A DNA stretch of 64,000 bases from Klebsormidium nitens (Eukaryota; Plantae; Klebsormidiophyceae), in assembly GCA_000708835.1 (NCBI GenBank), contig DF237180.1:62001-126000 (forward strand), given 5' to 3'. The position numbers and the translations under genes are program-made. Below the pieces are notes generated by a model that searched no databases, had not been told where the DNA came from, and worked only from the letters and a program-made list of their open reading frames with translations. Positions 12,501 to 24,600 of this stretch are shown here, one piece after another. Numbering within the stretch: position 1 is the first letter of the stretch; each line of letters begins with the position of its first letter.

Positions 12501-15500
12501 CAATATCGTCTGTTTCGTATCAAAGTAGTAAAGGTGTCTGAGTCTCCATAAAATGCAAAGCTTTCCTTTGGACGTTTGACTTGAGAAAGCATACATATGA
12601 AACAGAGCTTCTTTCCTTCCACGGTCTACTGGCCGCAATGTATCCGAGTTGGGCCGAACTGGCCAGTACTACGAAATGACCTGCTAAGTGCAATAGTACC
12701 CGACTTGGGCCAAGTTTTCGGACCACCAGAGTGCACCCTCAAGCTTTTGCCCGAGTTTCTTTGGACTGTTGCACGTTTGCCCGAGTCTCGCAATTTTGCG
12801 TTCACCTTTCGTTAGATTCTTCACGCAACATGCCATCTTGACAAACGTTCATCGCTGTTTTGCAGATGCTGGCTGCGATTGTGTCCGAGTTGGGCCAGAA
12901 CTGGAACCTCGTCAGCGACACGCTAAGCGCCACGGTGGCCCTGAAAGGCGTCTACCGGCAGCCCGCCCACTGTAAAGACCGCCACGCCGCCCTCGCCGGC
13001 ACCGGGGAGAACGAGCGCCTCTCCCCGGAGGAGGCCGCCATAGCAGCTGTTGGGCTCACCAAAAAGGTGAGACCGATCATATCTTGGTATTTTTTTATTT
13101 TCTAGATGAGAGAGAGAGAGAGAGAGAGAAAGCACGGCACGCCAGGGAAGAGCCTTGAAGAACAAGCTACTACAAGCTCCGGTGGTTCAAATCAGATTAG
13201 ATCCAGACCCTTCCTCGTAGACCAATCGTTGATTTGAGGTTCGACGAATGGAGGACTGCTAAGGACCCAGCTAAGGGTCATGCTCGTTTTAAATGTCAAG
13301 AACTGGCCACACATGTGCTAGGCAGTAGACAAACTCGGGTAGCTGGTTCCCTTTGTATTTGGCTCTGTTTCATCTGTTGCACGTATCTGAGATGCACTCA
13401 AGATTCGAGTCTCGTCCCTTGCCTCTCGAAAGCATGCCGAAAACGAGAAGCGTAATTCTTGTTTGGATTCCGCATGAATGGAGGTTTTTGTAGCAGGAAG
13501 CCATCTCTTTCAGGATGGGAGCTTGAGCGTTTTGGAATCAAATGAGCTCTGCCACTGGCGAATTGCTCACTGATCCTCGTCTTTGTCCTTGCTCTTGCAG
13601 CATGCGGCACGCGAGCTTTTGGCGACCCACGGCATGGCCGACGACGAGACAATCCAGAAGCATGTAGAGCGCATTGTACAGCTAGCGAGCAAGCACAAGA
13701 CTAGGAAGGCACAGGTAAGCGACTTTCCTTGTCTGCTGCCTCTTCATGCATGTCTGTTCTCTATAATTTGTTGACTGTTTGCAGATTGGTCGCTGGCTTG
13801 CTAGTTGACACAGATAATCAGCACAACATTGGAGCGACGTCTTTGGCTTACTGCATCTGTTCTGTTGACAGCATTTTTTCCTCTAGTATCTCCTCTAGTA
13901 TTTCCTCTAGTAGTGTGGGTTAGGCTTGAGTCGATTATTGCTGGAGTTCGTCTCTGTGGCAGTATTTGTATCACTCTGCTTGTTGAGTTAAAGACAAAAG
14001 CCCATGCACAATCAAAGGCTTGTGGCTCTTCTTGGTATGGATGTTCAAAGCAGTCTCACGGTGTTTTGCCACTGGCTAGACTTGGGAAGCATGGTTGATC
14101 ACGGCCCCGCACAAAGCATCATCGCAATCTCGGGTCGTGTCAGCTCACATACTCCGTCGTGTCTTTGTGTGCAGCAGGATGCTCAGAACGAGAAGGGGCG
14201 GGTGCACTCTCCGCACCCATCCCACCAAGCATGCATGGCGCAAGCCATGGTCCCCAATAAAGGGTTGTTGAAGTGAGCACCTCTCGCCCGTGACTCTGTG
14301 GAGCCCCGTCTTTTATTCTCGAATAGACTGTTCTGGATAGTCTATTCTTAAGGAAGCAGAGGGAGAAGGCGCGTTGTGATCCTTCAGCATTCCGAAAGGC
14401 TACTCTACGAACGTTTGTTGCTCGAGTGGAACCCAGCCCACTGTCAGAAATTTCGTCCCTGTGCCTGATTAGATTTACTTGCCTTCATTTAGGCAGGCCT
14501 CTTGAACGGGACAAAAGCCTGTTATCGTCCATTACTACTTAGATTGGCTCACGATAAAATTCACAGCAACAACAGTAAATTCGAGTTGATTGTATCCTAT
14601 GCCCCTTCTAGTCGAGCGAGTGTCCATCCACATCGGCTCTACTTGCTCGACATGAACCAACGATGAATGATTCTCAGCATCAAACCTAGTTGTAAAGCAA
14701 AATAGAACCCAACGCAGCTGTCTCCACAGGTCCCTTCCGTTTATGCAAGCGAATCCCTATTACAAATTAGAAAGTGTTTTAAAAGTAAACCCTATGCATC
14801 CTTTTCCACAGCCCCCTCGAGTTGTGCGAGCGCCCCTCCGGCGTTGCGAGCGGGGACGTGCCGGCGCTCCCCCCGGGCGCGTCGTACCTGGCGAGCATGA
14901 GCAACGGCTCCTCCGGCGACTTGCAGCACCTCTCCTCCATGCTGCCCCCTGGCGTGCAGCTGCAGCGCCCGGTGCAGCCCATGCAGCCAGGCCTCCACAT
15001 AGCGCAATCGTGAGTCTCTCTTTTCGGGGGGGTAATCTGGCTTGTCTGTAACGGGTGGGCAAGCTGTGCAGCCAGGCACTCACATGGAGCAGTCGTGAGT
15101 TTGTTTTCCCGGGGGGGACTGGCAAGGTCCGCTGGCAAGGTAGCTCAGTCAGTGCGGCTCGCAAGCCAGCTCCGCACACTGCGACTTGAGTTGTTCCATG
15201 AGAACGGAGTTGCACGGGCTCAGAACCTGATGACTTGATGAGATGCTTTGGTTACATATCGAAGCACATTCTCGGAGGATGGCCTTCTCGTGAGTATGTG
15301 CAGAGGTTGGTTTTCCTGAGATCCGGGTTCTTGTTCAGCCGTTTTCAGTCTCTTTCCCTCTTTCTGTAGTTGAAGACTTGCTTGGGGGCAGAGGACCCTC
15401 CGTGCGATCAGAGCCAGGCCTTTACAGCGTGCGACCCTAACTTTGACGCATTCCAGGTGTTTGTAAAGCGATAGTGTCCTGATCTGTCTTCGGCGCTTCT

Positions 15501-17898
15501 GGACGCTTTTCGGTCGTACCCGTCACTCACTTAGACGCCCAAGCCCTATCTCCAAGGCCTGTGCGGTCTTCTCAATGCCTGGGCGCTTATCTCGGACGCT
15601 TCTTTCTGCAGTGGCACCACGCGCCAGATGACCGCAGACCAGGTGCGCCAGCTGCGCTACCTGGCGCAAGCCAAGCTGCAGCAGCAAGCGGTTGCTGCGG
15701 GCAACGGCAACAGTCCCAGCCTCGAAGCCGCTGCCTCGATGGGGCCCCCCGGAAGCGCCGCCACCGCCGCGCTCCTGAACCGGAACCTGAGCCTGGCGGC
15801 CAACCGGAGCTCGCCAGGTGGCGCCGGCACGATGCTGCCACCTGGCACGACGCAGCTCCAGGGGAACGTCCCGAAGAGGAGGCCCACGACGGCGGCGGAG
15901 GCGATCGATCTGGCGCGGAGCGGGCGGCTGACGGAGCAGCAGAAGCAGCACATACTGCAGCAATTGCAGGTGGGGTCTCGTTCAGTGGTCTTGGATTGGA
16001 GAGTGGTGGCGTTCCGCTCAATACTGAAGCCATATTTTCAAATAAACGTTCGCCCCGGATTTGGAATGAATCATACTCATACCAGCTCCAAGCTTCCATA
16101 AGCTTTCCCACCCGGCTCTTGGTGCACCGACCTATTTGTGATTGACAAAAGCAGCGTGATGTCGTAAAGGTAGGTAGCTGGGACATGCACGGGGTCCTGT
16201 TTTGTACGGAGTTAATTCGGACGTTCTTACATCTACAGGGAGGGAGATACTGCAGGTGCAGGGGTTGGGTTTGAGTGCTGGCTCTTCAGCAACTCCTACA
16301 CACTCTTAGACCCCCTAAGGACCCGCTTCCGTTAGGATCAGTATCTTCCAGAAGTTGAGCAGACCTTGACCCGCTTCTTCAGCCAAGCCTTACGAGCGTT
16401 TCAACATCCCCCTTTTCCTCCATTACAGGTTCAAGCAGCGAGCGGCAATTCGACGGCAGCGGCCGCAATTGCGCAGCTCATGAGCATCACCGCAGGCGGG
16501 GGGGCGGCGCCCAACTCGCAGCAGCAGCAGCTGTCCCAGGCCATGGCCGCGCGCGCCCGTCAACTCCAGGCCCAAAACCAGACGCAATTGGTGCAACAAC
16601 AGCAGGCCAGCCAGGCGCATCTGCTTTCGCACGGCCTCGGGGGGGTCCAGGGGCGCGTCCCCCAGATGCAGAAGCAAGGCTCCGCGATGGGGGGAATGAA
16701 CAAGCTGGGCCCTNNNNNNNNNNNNNNNNNNNNCAAGCTGGGGGCCATGGGGCGGGGGGGGGGCATGATGAGCTTGCAAGGCGGGGGGGGAGGGATACGG
16801 CTACCGCAGGGGATGACGGCGCAGGCGCTCGCGAAGACGATGGCGATGGCGCAGCAGGGGGGAGCGCAGGCGAACATGCTGCTGTTGCAGAACCAGTTGG
16901 CGGGCCAGCAGTTGGCCAACAGTCAGCAGAAGCTGTTGGCGCAGCAGAGGCAGCAGCAGCAGGCGCAAGCTCAAGCCCAGCAGCGGCAGCAGTTCGCGCG
17001 CCAGCTGTCAGCGGGCAACTTACCGAAGCTCCAGAATCAAGCCCCCCCTCAGCCGCGCCAGGGGGGCCCAGCAAACGGGCGCCAGAGCCCCCGGCTAGGG
17101 TTCAGCCAAGGCCTGGTGTCCCCCCTCTCGCAAGGGATCAGCGCGCCTATGATGACGTCACCCCAAGGTGGCGGAGTCACACAGGCGCTGTCTCCCGGGG
17201 CCACTGCCGGTGCGAACGGGCCCCAGTGGCGGTCCACGCAGACGCTCACTCCGATGACGTCGGGCCTGTACAACCTCTCGCGGGGGGGCGACGTCAGCGG
17301 GGGTGCGAACGCCCCCCGGTTGCAAATCCCGCCCACGAACCTGAACAGCCCCCGGGGCGGGACCACGCTGCTGTCGCCGGCTCAGGTGCTGATGTCGGCA
17401 GAGCGGCCGGAGAGCGCTGCGCGGACGGCGATGATGTCAGCGAGGAGGAACGGGAGCAGCGGGGACGTGCAGGAATTGCAGCGGCGGCTGTCGGCGGGGC
17501 AACTAGCGGGGGTGAAACCCGAGCAAGGGGGCCAGGGGGCGTCGGAGGGGGGGGCCGCCGGCCAACTGCAGGTAGGGGCCAGGACACTACCGCTTTCGTT
17601 CCGTGCTCTGATGCGAAAGTCTTAGTCGATGTCTGGTTCTGAGGACGGAAAGGGACTTTCTTGTGCAAAACGGAGTGAGCAATTCCAAATTTTCTACGAC
17701 ATGGCAAGCAGGGAGCAGCTAGCTCCATCAGGTGTCCTTTTTGGGGTTCAAGTATACAGTGGATTGTTTTGCAACTTCGATGTGGGGTTTTCGGCCTGAG
17801 CTGTACTTGGTTCTTCTTTGTGACCCTTGTGCTGAAGTTGGCCGGACCTATTTCCCTTGCAGGGCCAGTCTGATAAGAATCAGGGCGATGCAAGCTGA
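6504..17898 (+). CDS. EAF1: Chromatin modification-related protein EAF1 (NuA4 scaffold; HSA and SANT/Myb domains, Gln-rich C-terminus), 13 coding exons, about 1790 aa
   Basis: Exons 6504-6522, 7038-7236, 8095-9070, 9596-9718, 9983-11560, 12051-12380, 12866-13066, 13601-13714, 14178-14272, 14812-15009, 15612-15969, 16429-17571, 17863-17898; all GT-AG and phase-consistent (5370 nt). Motifs matching plant EAF1: EEELR|QEFAALNEQRRELEFLERGGNLLDFDF; HSA THWDYVLEEMTWMANDFQQ|ERVWKTTAAA; SANT WAPGEDA|MLAAIVSELGQNWNLVSDTL...CKDRH. The small terminal exons are the least certain. Confidence 0.9.
13107..13129. repeat. (GA)n microsatellite in an EAF1 intron
   Basis: Run of GAGAGA... directly visible. Confidence 0.9.
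16714..16733. other. Assembly gap (20 N) inside an EAF1 exon
   Basis: 20 Ns flanked by CAAGCTGGG on both sides, consistent with an unresolved short repeat. Confidence 0.95.
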
Positions 17899-18968
17899 AT
17901 CAGTTAGCCGCCCCGAGGTACCCGAAAAGGCGTCCCTCAGCAAAGAATTGCTCAGGGCGCCTGTCTGTCCTTCCGCGCAAGGAAGCGTGAACTTGTGTGG
18001 ACTTGAAGAAGCTTGTAAAATATGCCTCGACGACTTTGTAAAGCTGGGCCAAATGTGTCTAATCAAAAGCGCTTGCTAGCTTATGTTCAAAATTTACAAC
18101 TGAAACTTCGGTCAAAGAAGTGTTACTTACCTTTGCTGCACGCGTCATCACTGGTGCAACCACACCATGAGCAGCAACTGATTTGAGATTGATAATCTCA
18201 AGTTCCGTTACATCGCGTGAGACTCGCCCATAACTGCGCTGATTCTGAGTTTCTGATCGTCTCGCCACAACATATCGGCCATATATCTCGTGACAAGCTA
18301 TAAAATCGGCTGTATGCACATGACGTAAAGCCCGGCTGTAGACACGTGACTGTATATGCACATAACTCAAAGTGCGGCCCTGCAGACATGTGCATGCATC
18401 ACGTACTTTACACTGACTGGATGTCGAACATGCAACCGCTTGCAAGCTGCCGCACTGAGCGCGTGGTATGGTAGTGGGCCACCGAGAAAGCCCAGTGTCA
18501 ACCTCAATAGATAAATAATAGGCGCAGTTTTGGACGTGGCTTTTGATACCTCGTATTTTCCCAATAAATTGCACATGATGTCTCAGATCCCCTTCACGAC
18601 ACATCTTCCAAAGATCCAAGTACATACCTTCCAAGAACCACCTGTAAATGTGGAACTGGCAAAATAGCAGATTCGTTCTGTTTTGGAACAGCATAAACAA
18701 GTCCCCCGCTGAATGATTTCAAGAACTTAATCTACCGGTGCTATGATCTCTTAGGCGGCATTGCCCATACCTTTCTGCGAAATAACGTTACATCCAGTAG
18801 GCTGCGACACCAACCCTTAGTTCCAGGGATTTCAACTTGAGCTGATACACTTACAATTCTGGACTCTGGCCACAAATAGCGTCGCATGGTTTCCGTGGCG
18901 TGGCCATTCTTGAGCTGCAAATTACGATCAACAAGCACCGCTCAACCTCCAGCCTTTCTTTCAACTTT

Positions 18969-20926
18969 CTAAGATATGTTGGTCACGTCAGCCAGGTGGG
19001 GCTTCCACTTCTTGGCCACCTCTCTTCGTACCTTTGCTTCATACTCGGACTTGCTCCGCCTGCGGATACACAAGCCTAGTAATGAGACACGATTTGCACC
19101 ATTTTTTGCTAAGACGTGATGGTCAAAACTATGTCAAAGAGCAATTGGAAGAGACGAGATGTGTCATTCTTGTGCGTGGTCTCAAATGTTATCCTGCATC
19201 TTGCGTTGGACAGGCATGTGAAACCCTGACCTCAAAAAGGCAAAGATTGCAACACACACTTCTTTGACTGAGCAGTAAGCGGTGGGTCGACTCGACTCAC
19301 CCGTATAGGTCATAAGCTGCCTGTTGCGCAGCATCAGCATTGTTTGGACTGTTGAGTAAGCTCTGGATCCCGCAAAGGATCTGCATTAAGACGAAGGCGA
19401 GAAATGCATGAGGATGCATGTGATGCATTTTCAAACATCAGCTCCAGACGCCAAGCACTCAAGCAATGTATTTGTACTTTAGACAGGCCGGCCAAACATG
19501 CCTGGTATCAAAGAACAACTATATCAACTTACCTGTTTGACAGTGATAGACGGTTTCCAGGTTCCCTTGTTCTCGGGGGGGTTGATGATGCTCAAGCAGA
19601 TCTTTCCAGAGGGGTAGACATTGGGATGGAAGAATCCAGCCGGAAAGGCGCATCTGCATGGAAGAAGGCAATGACTCAAATTACTGCTAAGATAGAAAGT
19701 TTGATAATCAGATGATGGTGCAAAGCTACAGCTAAACCTGAAGAGAGGAGGAGAGATTTACCAAGAGGTTTATGTGAGCACTTTGACTGATGCACTATGT
19801 TATCCAATGCTCTTCGTTGAGAAGGCAACACTGACACGGCCAGTCTGAACACTGAACTTGTTTCTGCACAAGCTAAAGAGGTTACTTGCACGAGGGGAAT
19901 GAGATCTGAAGATTCGATGCTTACTCTGGGGACCTAGCTGGATAGTCCGCAGAAAATTTGAGAGTCACTGGAAACGCGCCCCCTTCCCAAGGTGTCTGCA
20001 TTTGATTGTGCAGCGTTAGACATCTCAAAGTTGCAGCTAATAATGACACATGTGCCGGATCGAAGCTCACAAATGTTGTACCTTCTTCTGTTGGACTTTC
20101 CTTCTTATGTGTATTTGGTGGAAGGGATGCTTAATGTCCACGATTGTCCACCAGAAGGCCCAAAAATTTGGGAGGAGTTTTGGCAACATCTTTGGAGCTC
20201 CACAAAAGATGGTTCCAAAGACTTTGGTCATTTCGAACTGGGGCCCTCATTTCAGGCTTTTGTGCTCTTTGAAAACTTCTTGTCATCCCTACCATATCTG
20301 CAAAATCCAAGATATAGAGCTGGGTGAAGTAGCTTGTGAACTGCCGGAAAAGGAGGAGCGTACTGGGATAAAATGGAGATAGACTGGAGTTGGTTCGGCA
20401 CCTGAGGTAGTTGGCAGAACTCGCGGAATTGAGGTTGCTATAAGTGCATTTAGCTGGATTGTTGACCTGTCTGCGTACAGTATGCAACGAGTCCTGTCAT
20501 CCCACATACTTTTCAAAGTGAAGCTGGTGCGCGAAGTTTCATCAGAAGGAATCAATGCAGATAAGGTGTTCTCTCATCCAAACGCAGTGTTTGGATGCGG
20601 TCCCATGATACAGATAGGACAATTGTTTTAGCTCGCTGTCTCAGAAAAAGGTGGTAAGCAAACTTGCATCACGAATAGCACGAAGAATACTTTCGTTCAC
20701 CCAAGCTGCACAGAGTATGGATACGGTCACATTAGGAACTCAGTGCAGAAGAGAACAAGTTGGGTTAACTCACCTTTTCAGGGCCAGTGATCATGCACTC
20801 CCAAACCAGCAGGTTCTCTGTACCATCTGCTTGCTTCTTTGGTTTTGCCAACCACCCGTGGGGATGGTCCTTCCTCCATGCTTTTCGTTCCTGCATAAGT
20901 CGCGCCTGCGCCATCCCCTGTGCCAT
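18969..20926 (-). CDS. SCE1: SUMO-conjugating enzyme E2 (UBC9/SCE1-like), divergent, 171 aa, 5 exons
   Basis: Minus-strand exons 20926-20774 ([51 protein letters not shown]), 19995-19925 ([23 protein letters not shown]), 19653-19533 ([40 protein letters not shown]), 19380-19301 ([26 protein letters not shown]) and 19059-18969 ([29 protein letters not shown]). All GT-AG and in phase. The UBC9-specific [11 protein letters not shown] and [10 protein letters not shown]-x-x-C motifs are present. Confidence 0.93.
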
Positions 20927-21605
20927 GTTTCTGGCCTGTTATGGTAGCTCTGGGTGCAACAATGCCTCTGCGTTCCTCTTGATCTTAGTATGCCAGCCAC
21001 CTAAGCAGAAGAGCTTATATTAGCGAACTTGACGCCAACAGGTGCAGGGATGCATCACGTTCTTGGCAGTGAAACCTTCGACTCCCGCCCTGTACACTGA
21101 GTGCTTTTGCGTTTGTCACTGTCACTCGCCGCCACCAGGACGCGCCTACACCCCTCTCCCTTTCTGCAATTTTGGTTTTGGAAGGCGGCATCCTGTTCAA
21201 CTTCAAGTTCTCAAGTCAGCCTACGTCTTCACTGTGACCTGGACTCGGAGCGACCAGTGGCCCAGCAGCACAACAGATTTCAAATTTTCAAATTGGCTCC
21301 CGCCCAAAGGAGCCAATTTGGGTTAATCCATTCTACTACTAGCTTCTATCTTTGACCCAAACCCAACACGTTTTCAGCGCGCGAGCGCGGCGCGCAAGCC
21401 AGCAGGCATGGCCAGCGCTCTAGGGAATTCCGAATGAGGAAGGAAGGAAACCAGTCCAACACCTACGCAATTCTGGGTCCTGTTTCGCCCAAGCAAATGC
21501 TGGCTTTCTAGATTCTAGTCTCTAGGCTCAGCTGAAAGTCCAGAAGAAGGTGGGATTTCCTGCCCATACCAAAGAAGCAGCTGTACCTTTCACAGGGGTG
21601 TAGGA
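20927..21605. promoter_or_regulatory. Probable divergent (bidirectional) promoter region between the SCE1-like and ankyrin-BTB genes
   Basis: Head-to-head start codons 680 bp apart, with a CpG-dense patch (CAGCGCGCGAGCGCGGCGCGC) near 21376-21396. Inferred from geometry only. Confidence 0.4.
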
Positions 21606-24600
21606 ATGGCTGAGGAGAATTCTGCGGCGGAGGCGCTGGAGTCGATGCACATTTCACATCCAGGAACTGACAATGCTGGAGCGGCTGGCCAAGAGAAGGA
21701 AAAGGAGCTGAATCAGGCCACTTTCTTCCACTGCGTCGAAGCACAGAATGCAAAAACTCTGCAGATCCTGACTCGGACAAGACAGGTGGATGTCAATGCC
21801 GTCAATCAAGAGGTGAGTTGAAATGATCAATCCCAGATTGCAGACGTTTGTGGCAAGAAAGCATCGCCGTAAGTGTCCCTCTAGCCTTAAAGGAAAATTG
21901 CCCTGCAACTCATCCCTGGACAATGTAATTGAAACGCCAATTCTGCCATCACCTTGCAATATATTTCTCTAGATACTTATGATGAGCTGAAGTTACCTAG
22001 ATTAGGAACAAAGCTAACACTTGATCCTCAGCCCACTTTACTTGCTCCATGTCCGTGCCCATCCAAACCCACCTCACTAGCCCCACCCATCCGACAAATA
22101 ATCGCGGTAGTTACCAATTTCTTTGGTCTGTGGTCTTTGGAAAGTGTCCCAACATAGTCCTGGCCCATTATGAGAGTAAGGCACTCCTTGTCTGATTTTG
22201 CACTTCTGCTCAGAGACAAGGCATACCCTGACAGGGAAACCGGTCGTCCTTGATGCCAACTTTTTTCTGTCCTTCTGATTAACTCAGCTTCAATTCCAGT
22301 TGCAGTTGGCTGGCAGGCTCCACACCAGTCTGAAAGGGCCAGGTCACTACATAAACATCGGTCGTGCACCAAAGATTCTCCTTCTCCAGATTCCCCTCCG
22401 TAATCAGACTGCCCTGTCTCCTCTCGCGCTCGAAAAACCTAATGCAGCAGACTACTTGCAGGCTCAAAAGTTGGCCTGAGCTTTTGAGTTTCAGTATTCA
22501 CCTTAAAAGGTATAACAGTCAAGTCCTCAGCGAGTGCTGAAAGTATGATTGCTTGGCCATCGATTAGAGACCTGCAGGCGGTGCTGAGTTTGGAGACGGT
22601 GTGAAATTGAAGGGGATTCTCATGCATTCAAGATTATCTTTTCTCCAGGGGTTGACTGGTTTGCACATTGCCGTGAGTCAATATGACAAAACCCGGAACA
22701 CCGACATTGTAAAGATTCTGCTGGAGGTAGGGGCAGACATCAACAAGAAGGCAGCTGACAAGGCAGCAGACAAATTCCTGAAGTAAGTCAGTCCCCAACC
22801 TTCCTCGACTCTACAATGTTATAGGAGTAAGAAAATCAGTGTAGGAACAACAGCTGCCGCTAAGTAGAAAGAATTGCTTTGCAACTCCTAACGCCAAAAC
22901 AGAAAGGCAGGGATCATTCAGGAGCACTCAAGTTGAGAGACGCTAGAACCTTAGTGTCCATAAATCAGGCATGTTTGTGTGTTCAGCAGATGCTTTTCCG
23001 TTCAGCCGCTGGCTCCTTTCCTCCCACTCTCGGGCCATGTTTCTGGACAGCCAATCAATACAGATTAGCAGTGCTTTCTTCCGTGACTCTTTTGCAGCAT
23101 TGTCCGCGTGTCAGATTCCAAGCATGGCAAAGAGGAGACGGCCAAGATCAAGGTCAACGGCATGACGCCCCTGCTGTTGGCTCTGGAGCTCAAGTCTTCG
23201 CTGTATGTTAAAGGTGGGTTCTCAATCTTGGTATCGCGGGCTGAACTGAGGTTTGCAAATAGTGTCAAGTTTTACTCCTTGAGGCTGGGTTGAAGGTTGA
23301 AAGGAGCTCTTCAAGAGCATCTAGAATCAAACAGTTGGATTTTTCATACCAAGGCATGGCAACTTCGTTCAAATATCGCTCAAACCAGGTAGACTCGACT
23401 CAAACGGATCGGACATGCAGTTTCACCTTCTCTCGGCCCACTCCTAGGGCTCCGGTCAAACATAGCTGCAAAGACCATCACAAGCCTGCAGACTCTAAGG
23501 TAATACATCCTGAAGCAATAATATTTTTCATAGTTGATTCTGGCACACAGACCTTGCAAGCAAACACCTCACCTTCACAGGGTTAGGTCTGAGAGTTCAA
23601 GCCTACCTTTTGCCCGCACTAGACAGCTGCAATGTGGAGGACCTCCGAATCTCTGCAAGTGATGCCCCACCTGCACTTCGCATGTCATACCCTCAGGAAG
23701 GAAAGTCGAAACCGAAACTTACACTTCGGAACTACAAACACAAATTGAACAACGAAGAGATCTAACCGCGCTTGTCTATTCTGCTCCAGGGATGGAGTAT
23801 CGCCACTGGGACGCCATGCTGTCGGTCCTGGCAGCCGCCACCATCAAGCAGGCCTCCAACGCCGACGTACATGCAGCGACACAGGAGGCCGAGCACACCG
23901 CCTCGCTGGCGGCATTGCAGCAGGGCTGGGCCGCCGTGTTTGACAGCGGGGCGCACGAGCTGGTGGACCTGCGGGCGGAGGGGAAGGACATCCCGGCGTT
24001 GAAGCAGATCGTTATGCACTCCTCCAAGGTGAGGGGGAGGGAGTGGGGAGTTTTGTCTGCTGCTGACTGCGCCAATGGATGTGTCGGCTGATGGATGTAC
24101 GCACACTTGCATTCGGATGAGGAAGGAGGGCGGCTGCACAGTGAGGTTGATTGATTTTGTGTCCTCAATTGACGGGCGTCTGTAGTTATGCACCCCCTTC
24201 AAGCATGATACGCAATCACGGAGTGATTGATGCTCGTGTCTGCAACCACGTTGGGGACTCGCCTTCTTTGAAGAAGCAAAACTTATCGGTGACCAAGTTG
24301 GATCACTTAATGTAAGGGCCTTTCCGTCAGGCGTGGTTGATTGTTTGCCGTCATCTCTTGTTGAAACACTTGAGATCGAGGACACCGTCTCGTGATTGCT
24401 ATATGAATATCCTGTGATGTGAAGGAGCCGCTGAGAATGTTCAATTTAGCGGTCAGTCTGACTGGGCATCACGAGAAGCATCTCACTCGGTATCTTTGTT
24501 CACGGATGGTCGGCCCTTCTTGCGGTCTGACGGCAGGAGACTCTTAATATAAGCAGCCAATACTTGTTTGCTGCTTCCATGATCCAATCAACGGGCACGG

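Noticed and set aside
16714-16733. Frameshift or pseudogenisation of EAF1 at the N run
   Set aside because: Assembly gap; the frame is consistent on both sides.
18059-18700. 213-aa minus-strand ORF with a donor-like AAG|GTAAGT near 18130
   Set aside because: TTG start, no recognisable domain, lies between two convergent 3' ends; unsupported.
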